A DNA stretch of 32,000 nt, taken from positions 690,001-722,000 of the forward strand of contig NC_003551.1 in assembly GCF_000007185.1 (NCBI RefSeq), written 5' to 3'. Positions 26,104 through 32,000 of this stretch are shown piece after piece. Each line of letters begins with the position of its first letter. Positions within the stretch are counted from its first letter, which is position 1. Below the pieces are notes generated by a model, which saw only the letters and a list, made by a program, of their open reading frames with translations, was not told the origin of the DNA and ran no database searches. The DNA is from Methanopyrus kandleri AV19. GTDB taxonomy: Archaea > JAADCQ01 > Methanopyri > Methanopyrales > Methanopyraceae. The translations under genes and the position numbers were made by a program.

Positions 26104-27638
26104 CTTTCGTCCCCCAGCACTCGCTCGACTTCTTCAGAGATCTCTTCCCGGTACTTCAGCGGAGCCTCTCCGAACAACACTACCACTTCGCAGTCCGAGC
26201 GGAGCGCCTCCTTGAGACCGTCCAACACCTGCTCCCGAGAGGCACCCAGTGTACCCTTCTTCTCGAACGGCTTGGTGGCGCTCTCCGCTGCGATCACGTT
26301 GTCGGCGTCGACGCGGTCCATGACTTCGTACGCCGCGTACGATGCCACCACCACTAGGTCGGCGAGATCCGCAGCTCTTCTGAGTATCTCTTCGTCTCCT
26401 TCCGGTCCCAGCTCCGAAGCTACGGCGATTACCGCGCAGACGCGCCGCTCCCGGTAAGCCTCCTTCACGCATCTCAACGTCGCGTCCACGCCGGCGGGAT
26501 TATGGCCGTAGTCTAAGATCACGACTCGCTCGCCGTCGTCCCAGAGTACTTCTAACCTGCCCTCGACTCCTTCGAAGGACTGTAGCGCCTCTACCACGTC
26601 CTCCACATCAAGTCCCAAGAACTCGGAGCAGACGGCTATCGCCGCGAGGGCGTTGTAAGCGTTGTGGAGCCCCATCACGGGTAGTCGAACCTCGTACTCC
26701 CCATCGGGACAGATCAGTCGGAACCCGGACAAGTCAACGTCCGTAGCTAGGTAGTCCGGCTCGGGAGATCGCAGGCCACACTCCCGGCACTTGAAGGGAC
26801 CGACCCAAGGGAGGATCTCATGGACTTCAACGTGTCCGCCGCACCAGCACTCTTTTTCCGAGGTATCGAACGGTTCCACGTCCAACCCGTAGTACACGAT
26901 ATCGCCGTTGAAATCCACCACCTCGGGGGCACCAACTACCAACGGGTCTTGAGCGTTCAGCACGGCTAGCTCGATGGTGTCCGGCTCCAACAGTTCGGCC
27001 TCACATCTGGCGTACGTCAGGAAATCGCCCGCCTCGTTCAGATGGTCCGGGGTGATGTTGGTAACGCAGACGCACTCCACCTGGGATAACTCCGCGGCTT
27101 CCAGGATCTCCCCTCTCTTCCCGAAAGTTGCTATCTCTAAGACGCTGACGTCCCCTGGGAGACGCGCCTGAAGTGGGGGGAGTAATCCGACGTTCCCTTG
27201 CATGCCCGGCAAACCGTGGTGCGGGGCCTCGAGCCCGAGTTGCTCGCACACGTGCCTGATCATCGCCACAGTCGTGGTCTTCCCGTTGGTCCCACCGACT
27301 CCGATCACCGGTCGTGTGGGCGGTAACATGTCGAGGAGCTCCTTCACTTCCACGATTTCGCAGCCGTGATCCTCGGCCAGTCGGTACGGCTTAGCATCGC
27401 GTGATAGGCTCGGAGGAGGTACCACAACTTCGGCTCGTTCGAAGATCTCGGGTGGGTGGCCTCCCAATACGAGCTCCACGTTACTGTATTCGAGAAGCGT
27501 CTCGGCGAACTCGCACTCATCCCGGAGATCCGACGCGATCACATCGTATCCGCGCTCCGCGAGGACCCGGGCCGCTAGATTGCATACGGGCCCACAGACC
27601 CCGATCACGAGAACGGTCGACCAGGGAAGTTCGGCCAA
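26100..27638 (-). CDS. Mur ligase-family enzyme with a Cys-pair insertion (predicted pseudomurein peptide ligase)
   Basis: VIGVGGTNGKTTTVAMI, VTNITPDHLNEAG, LDYGHNPAGVDATLR; inserted CWCGGHVEV...FKCRECG. Confidence 0.87.
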   Translation of the reverse strand: MAELPWSTVLVIGVCGPVCNLAARVLAERGYDVIASDLRDECEFAETLLEYSNVELVLGGHPPEIFERAEVVVPPPSLSRDAKPYRLAEDHGCEIVEVKELLDMLPPTRPVIGVGGTNGKTTTVAMIRHVCEQLGLEAPHHGLPGMQGNVGLLPPLQARLPGDVSVLEIATFGKRGEILEAAELSQVECVCVTNITPDHLNEAGDFLTYARCEAELLEPDTIELAVLNAQDPLVVGAPEVVDFNGDIVYYGLDVEPFDTSEKECWCGGHVEVHEILPWVGPFKCRECGLRSPEPDYLATDVDLSGFRLICPDGEYEVRLPVMGLHNAYNALAAIAVCSEFLGLDVEDVVEALQSFEGVEGRLEVLWDDGERVVILDYGHNPAGVDATLRCVKEAYRERRVCAVIAVASELGPEGDEEILRRAADLADLVVVASYAAYEVMDRVDADNVIAAESATKPFEKKGTLGASREQVLDGLKEALRSDCEVVVLFGEAPLKYREEISEEVERVLGDER

Positions 27639-27690
27639 CCGCGCACCCCGCCGAGGGGCTGGGGACGCGGTGAGTTGAACCTGTCGGGGA

Positions 27691-28695
27691 TCACGGCCGC
27701 GCTCCCGGTATCGTTCGGCCGTACTCGGCCAGTATCGACCTCATGAGCTTTTTAACGTCGCGAAGAAGGCGTTCGGCTTCCTCCCTGTCACCGGTCGCTA
27801 ACCGTACGAACGCTTCGATATCGAGGTGTTCCACCCGGTCGTCGATCTTTCCGTACTCCGACATTACGAAGTACAGTTGCGTGAACCTCTCCCTCCGCTC
27901 GACCCTGTTGAGGGTTCCGCGTACCAGCGACCTCAGGGCTTGACGTGCGTACATGAGCAGCCGGTACGTGAGGTCTCGGATGATTTCATCCTCATCTCTC
28001 GGTCCGTCCGGGATACCGTTTGGGAACGCTGCTTTCTCTTCCAACCCCAAGATATCCAGCACGCGTTCCGGATCCTCCTCTGGGGTCTCCGTCTCCCGGA
28101 GGTACGCTAGGGCCTCTTGAGGTGTTGCCACACCTTCCAGCATGATGGTACATGCGCGACCTGTCAGAGGGTTGTACCCGACCTCCTCTATGAACCTGTG
28201 CACGCCGTACGGACGGATCGGACACGTGTACTCGGGATTGAACCAGCCCAGACTGCTCACGATATCGCGGATGTCTTCCCACGTCCACCGACGGAGTGCC
28301 GGGTACCGGACCACGGTGACTCCTGGAGGGTAGGGGTGGGTAGTGCGTCTCCCGAACTTCCCGCGGAGCTCGTGACCGGTGAGGACTGTTGCGCATCCTA
28401 GTTCACGGGCGCGAAGGCACGCGGCGGTTAGGACGCTTCTACCACACTTCGTACATATCGGGCGTCCTTCCTTCAGAGCCCGCGCGAACCATTCTCGAAG
28501 TCGTAGCTTGACCACCTCGTGATCCACGCCGACGTGTTCCGCGGCTTTCCGGGCGTTCTCTAAACATGTCTTATCGGTGAACTCGTGGACTACTGTTACG
28601 GCTACCTTAACATTCCACCTATCGGCGGCGTCTATCAGCGTGGCTACACTGTCCTTACCGCCGGAAAGTGCTATGCTGGAGGGAGGGCTAGTCAT
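27691..28695 (-). CDS. PP-loop (N-type) ATP pyrophosphatase, ATPase of unknown substrate
   Basis: SIALSGGKDSVATL PP-loop, ICTKCGRSVLTAACLRARELGCATVLTGH; overlaps the gltX stop by 8 nt. Confidence 0.85.
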   Translation of the reverse strand: MTSPPSSIALSGGKDSVATLIDAADRWNVKVAVTVVHEFTDKTCLENARKAAEHVGVDHEVVKLRLREWFARALKEGRPICTKCGRSVLTAACLRARELGCATVLTGHELRGKFGRRTTHPYPPGVTVVRYPALRRWTWEDIRDIVSSLGWFNPEYTCPIRPYGVHRFIEEVGYNPLTGRACTIMLEGVATPQEALAYLRETETPEEDPERVLDILGLEEKAAFPNGIPDGPRDEDEIIRDLTYRLLMYARQALRSLVRGTLNRVERRERFTQLYFVMSEYGKIDDRVEHLDIEAFVRLATGDREEAERLLRDVKKLMRSILAEYGRTIPGARP

Positions 28696-30403
28696 GCGCG
28701 TACACAGCCCTTACCCCACCGCTGGAGACCTCTTCGAGTCGCACGAAGTACAGCCGTTCGAACTGGACGGTGCTGCCGGCCTGTTCGCGCTCGACGTTAA
28801 TTTCGGCGTATCCACTCTCAACGCTACCGTCCGGGCGGACGACCTCGCACCGTACTGCCTGGTCGGGCGGTACCCAGTGGACGATTTGAGCACCTTCCTC
28901 TTTCGCGATTCGGTAGTCGTCGCTGTGATACCTGCCTCGCAACCATCCGTCTCCGACTTCCTCGATCTCGACGTTGACGGCGTTCATCAGCCGAACTACG
29001 TCGCCCTCCCACAGGTCTTCTGCGTCTTCACCGTCCAACAGTGCTCGGGCCACGCCGTTCTCAGGATGTAGAATTAAGACCCTCTCTCCCTCATCCCGAT
29101 CGGGGTGTAGAGGCAGTCGGGCCAGGACCGACTCCTTCATCCCTTCGATCCGTAATTCGACAGGATCACGGACGAAGAAGTACCGGTGAGACTCAGGGTC
29201 GATCATCTTACGGTTCCGAGCGTAAAGATGCTCCCAGCTGAACGTCGCGTCCACGTCGGTCAGGCCGATCTCGAGGATAGTCTCACGTATTGCTTCCGGC
29301 TTAATACCCCGGCGTCGGAGGGCGCGTAAGGTAGCCACTCGGACGTCGTCCCACCCTGTGTACTCTCCTGAATCGATTCCACGGCGGATCTCGGAAGTGC
29401 TTAGCACGGCACCTTCAACCTTCAGAATCCCGTAGTGAACGTATTCCGGAGTGTCCCACCCCAGATGCTCGAACACGTACTTCTGACGCCGTGTGTTGGA
29501 CTCATGATCCTTCCCACGAAGTACGTGCGTGATGTTCATGAGATGGTCGTCCACAGCGACGGCGAAGTTCATCGTCGGCCACACAAGGTACCGAGAACCC
29601 GTCATCGGGTGCTCTTCTTCGACGATCCTGAACGCTATCCACTCCCTCACCGCGGGATCCGGGTGATCAACTTCGGTCTTGACACGTACGACGGCTTCTC
29701 CTTCTGAGAAAGTACCGTCCAACATCTCCTCCCAGAGCTCGAGGTTCTCCTCCTTATCCCGAGAGCGGCACGGGCAGGCTCGCCCCACGTCGCGGAGTCT
29801 CCGGAACTCGTCTGGATCACAGGTACAAACGTACGCCCCTTCCCGCTCCAGCAGCTCCTCGCAAACCATGTAATACAGTTCTATCCTGTTAGACTGCACG
29901 TACCGTTCGTCGATGTTGACTCCGAGCCACTCCAGATCCTCTTCGATCATGTCGTAGGCCTCAGGGTCCACGCGACGCGGGTCGGTGTCTTCAATGCGGA
30001 GGACTAAGGTGCCGTCGTACCTTCTAGCGTATTCGTCGTTAAGTACTGCGGCACGGGCGTGACCTATGTGGAGGGGACCCGAAGGGTTCGGTGCGAACCG
30101 AAGGCGAACGTTCCCCGGTTCAGCTCCGGGAAGGGGTTTGAGCCCTTCTTTGTCCCGGGCTACGTCTTCGCGCGGTCCTCCGAGTTCTTCCAGCTCGCGT
30201 CTGATTTCCTCTCCGGACATCTTGTTAACTTCGCGGACCACCTCTCTGACGGTCTTCAGGACTTCTTTCGCCCTAGGACGTAGCTCTTCGTGTTCCTTCA
30301 TGATCTTCTTCATCACCGCGTTGGGATTCGCCCTCCCACCGTATCGGGCCGCGTTCTCCAGAGCGTACCTGCGGACGAGATCTCGAAGTTCCTTCTCCTC
30401 CAC
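28688..30403 (-). CDS. gltX: Glutamyl-tRNA synthetase (archaeal/eukaryotic GlnRS-like class)
   Basis: RFAPNPSGPLHIGHARAAVLNDEYAR (HIGH), LVLRIEDTDPRR, STSEIRRGI. Confidence 0.95.
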   Translation of the reverse strand: MEEKELRDLVRRYALENAARYGGRANPNAVMKKIMKEHEELRPRAKEVLKTVREVVREVNKMSGEEIRRELEELGGPREDVARDKEGLKPLPGAEPGNVRLRFAPNPSGPLHIGHARAAVLNDEYARRYDGTLVLRIEDTDPRRVDPEAYDMIEEDLEWLGVNIDERYVQSNRIELYYMVCEELLEREGAYVCTCDPDEFRRLRDVGRACPCRSRDKEENLELWEEMLDGTFSEGEAVVRVKTEVDHPDPAVREWIAFRIVEEEHPMTGSRYLVWPTMNFAVAVDDHLMNITHVLRGKDHESNTRRQKYVFEHLGWDTPEYVHYGILKVEGAVLSTSEIRRGIDSGEYTGWDDVRVATLRALRRRGIKPEAIRETILEIGLTDVDATFSWEHLYARNRKMIDPESHRYFFVRDPVELRIEGMKESVLARLPLHPDRDEGERVLILHPENGVARALLDGEDAEDLWEGDVVRLMNAVNVEIEEVGDGWLRGRYHSDDYRIAKEEGAQIVHWVPPDQAVRCEVVRPDGSVESGYAEINVEREQAGSTVQFERLYFVRLEEVSSGGVRAVYAHD

Positions 30404-30612
30404 GGTCCATTCTCCCCGAGATAATCAGTGAGGGGGTGTCCCCCGTCCTCCGGCCCCGGGATCATCGACAGGCGACGGCCTTCTCCCCCGGGGGACCCAG
30501 ACGGGAGTCATCTTTTGCGAAGTCTGGCCCCGGACGCCGCCGACTCATTAGCCCCTTAATTACGTTCTCCCCGCTACGGAGAGGCGCAGTACCGGGCCCG
30601 ACCCAGACCCGA

Positions 30613-30624
30613 AATTTCTATATA
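30613..30624 (+). promoter_or_regulatory. TATA-box-like promoter element for tRNA-Lys
   Basis: AATTTCTATATA about 30 nt upstream of the tRNA start in otherwise GC-rich sequence. Confidence 0.6.
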
Positions 30625-30652
30625 GATCCTCGAGGGTAGTTCGGTTCGGGTC

Positions 30653-30730
30653 GGGCCGGCAGCTCAGTCTGGCTAGAGCGCGGGACTTTTAATCCCGTGG
30701 TCCCGGGTTCAAATCCCGGCCGGCCCACCA
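30653..30730 (+). tRNA. tRNA-Lys (UUU), 3' CCA encoded
   Basis: Cloverleaf: GGGCCGG/CCGGCCC acceptor, GCUC/GAGC D stem, CGGGA-CUUUUAA-UCCCG anticodon arm, CCGGG-UUCAAAU-CCCGG T arm, ACCA end. Position 8 is C. Confidence 0.97.
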
Positions 30731-30737
30731 AAATGCT

Positions 30738-30825
30738 CAATTGTTATGAAGATCATAACATTCGAACGGTTCGGGGTAAACCTTGTGTGGGTCGAGTTCA
30801 ATCGTTACGATTTCCATAACAATTG
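30738..30825. repeat. Nested inverted repeats: TGTTATGA-AGA-TCATAACA (30742-30760), plus CAATTGTTATG (30738-30748) with CATAACAATTG (30815-30825)
   Basis: Exact complementarity read directly from the sequence, in the gap between tRNA-Lys and the 3' end of argS. Confidence 0.85.
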
Positions 30826-30848
30826 GGTTGGAGGAAGGAGTTGACACA

Positions 30849-32000
30849 TTACATCCGCTCCAGCGTCGGAATTCCGAGGAGATTCATCAGGTTCTCCGCC
30901 ACGATCGTGAATGCCTCTACGAGCTTCAGTCGCGCCTCCCGTACTTCATCGTCCTCAACGTGCAGCACGGGAACCTCCTCGTAGAACGTGTGGAACGTCT
31001 TCGCCAGGTCGTACGCGTACTCGGCGAGGATGTCCGGGCGCCGCTTGCGCACGCACTGGGCTACGTGGCGTGGGAACTTCGACATCTTGAGGATCAACTC
31101 GAACGAGTGATCGTCGTTCAAGTATGCCGCATCGAAGCGGTTCACCTCCTCGTCTGCCTTCCGGAGGATCGACTTGGCCCTCGCGTAAGCGTACTGGATG
31201 AACGGTCCACCACGACGGAAGTCGAGGGCTTCGTCCCAGTCGAACTCTATCGGTTTGTTGGGACTCACTCTGGCGATAGCGAAGCGTACGGCCCCTATGG
31301 CGATCTCCTCCGCGATCTTCTCTCGCTCCTCGTCGCTCAGTTCCTCCGCTACGCCCGCTGCCTTCATCTTCTCGAGTGCGCGCTTCTTGGCTTCCTCCAG
31401 GAACTCGTCGAGCGTCACGTATCTACCCTTCCTAGTAGACATCGATCCTTCCGGCAGATGGATGAACTCGTAGAACACCACGTCGATACGGTCGGGGTTC
31501 TCCTCGAGCATGTCCAGTACGGCCCGTAGCTGTTCGACCGCTAACTTGTGATCCGCTCCTAGCACGTCTACCACGAACGTGGCTCGTCCGAGCTTCCAGA
31601 GGTGATAGGCGATGTCACGGGTGGTGTACAGCGTAGTGCCGTCGCTGCGCGTGAGTACGAGCTCCTTGTCGATTCCGTAGTCTTCCAGGTCGACTACCAC
31701 GGCTCCATCCTCGCGCTCCTCCGCGACTCCCATGTCCAGCAGCTTCTCCACGATCTCCAGTGCATCGCGCGCGAACTCGCTCTCGTACACGAATCGGTCA
31801 TGCGCCACCCGGAGGCGCTCCAGCGTTTGGATGTGCCCTCTCAGACACTCCTCCACTACGGTCTGGAACGCGTCGGCGATGCGCTCCGCTCGAGATTCTT
31901 CCTCCACTAGGTAACGTTCGTACGATCTCAGGAACCTCTCGACTACTTCCTCCAGCTCGGGATCTTCCTCGATCTCACGCGCGGCTTCAGTGTACAGCTT
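30849..32000 (-). CDS. argS: Arginyl-tRNA synthetase, N-terminal part cut by the window edge
   Basis: LVLTRSDGTTLYTTRDIAYHLWKLG, VDVLGADHK, EGSMSTRKGRYVTLDEFLEEA, C-terminal anticodon-binding domain. Frame stays open to base 32000 (KLYTEAAREIEEDPELEEVVERFLRSYERYL). Confidence 0.95.
   Translation of the reverse strand, partial: KLYTEAAREIEEDPELEEVVERFLRSYERYLVEEESRAERIADAFQTVVEECLRGHIQTLERLRVAHDRFVYESEFARDALEIVEKLLDMGVAEEREDGAVVVDLEDYGIDKELVLTRSDGTTLYTTRDIAYHLWKLGRATFVVDVLGADHKLAVEQLRAVLDMLEENPDRIDVVFYEFIHLPEGSMSTRKGRYVTLDEFLEEAKKRALEKMKAAGVAEELSDEEREKIAEEIAIGAVRFAIARVSPNKPIEFDWDEALDFRRGGPFIQYAYARAKSILRKADEEVNRFDAAYLNDDHSFELILKMSKFPRHVAQCVRKRRPDILAEYAYDLAKTFHTFYEEVPVLHVEDDEVREARLKLVEAFTIVAENLMNLLGIPTLERM

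Noticed and set aside
25514-26215. 233-aa plus-strand ORF opposite the ATP-grasp gene
   Set aside because: Ser/Thr/Pro-rich translation of the antisense strand of a conserved enzyme.
30409-30465. Possible C/D box sRNA on the minus strand (CGATGAT ... CTGA)
   Set aside because: The C box is imperfect, spacing is about 40 nt and no internal D'/C' boxes are visible; a chance match cannot be excluded.
30783-31529. 248-aa plus-strand ORF opposite argS
   Set aside because: Lies antisense to clearly conserved arginyl-tRNA synthetase sequence; no recognisable domain.
1-32000. Possible UGA-selenocysteine genes, CRISPR arrays, rRNA genes or insertion elements
   Set aside because: No recognised family is interrupted by an in-frame UGA, no regularly spaced repeats were noticed, and no transposase or rRNA signature was seen. 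A computational scan would be needed for certainty.

Overview
High-GC archaeal (methanogen-type) chromosomal window, very likely Methanopyrus kandleri or a close relative. This is inferred from the gene content, frequent GTG/TTG starts and a tRNA gene with C at position 8. Coding density is very high. Five blocks can be read. (1) Window positions 1-10260, all + strand: CODH/acetyl-CoA synthase subunits (cdhD, cdhE), a sugar epimerase, a CooF-like ferredoxin, a CooC-like ATPase, korDABC, sucCD, an archaeal pantoate kinase, and a short CooT-like ORF missing from the supplied ORF track. (2) A polyamine/hypusine locus: eIF5A, agmatinase, deoxyhypusine synthase, a membrane protein and pyrF on the minus strand, divergent from pdaD. 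(3) An inositol-phosphatase-type/MazG-like fusion overlapping NAD kinase, a histone-fold protein, a zinc-ribbon-less Nob1/PIN protein, and a retropepsin-like protein whose C-terminal half resembles peptide deformylase, then hemC, dphB and a DUF555-type protein. (4) A minus-strand cluster (28695-19592) that looks like a pseudomurein cell-wall assembly locus: PP-loop ATPase, Mur ligase with Cys-pair insert, ATP-grasp, MraY-like transferase, second Mur ligase, POTRA/FtsQ-like protein, surface Zn-ribbon protein and polytopic membrane protein, preceded by gltX. (5) tRNA-Lys(UUU) and a partial argS. The best leads are the retropepsin-deformylase-like fusion, the uncharacterised membrane/surface proteins of the cell-wall cluster, the histone-fold gene, and a GTTATG-N5-CATAAC palindrome found in both convergent intergenic gaps. 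No CRISPR array, rRNA or mobile element was recognised.
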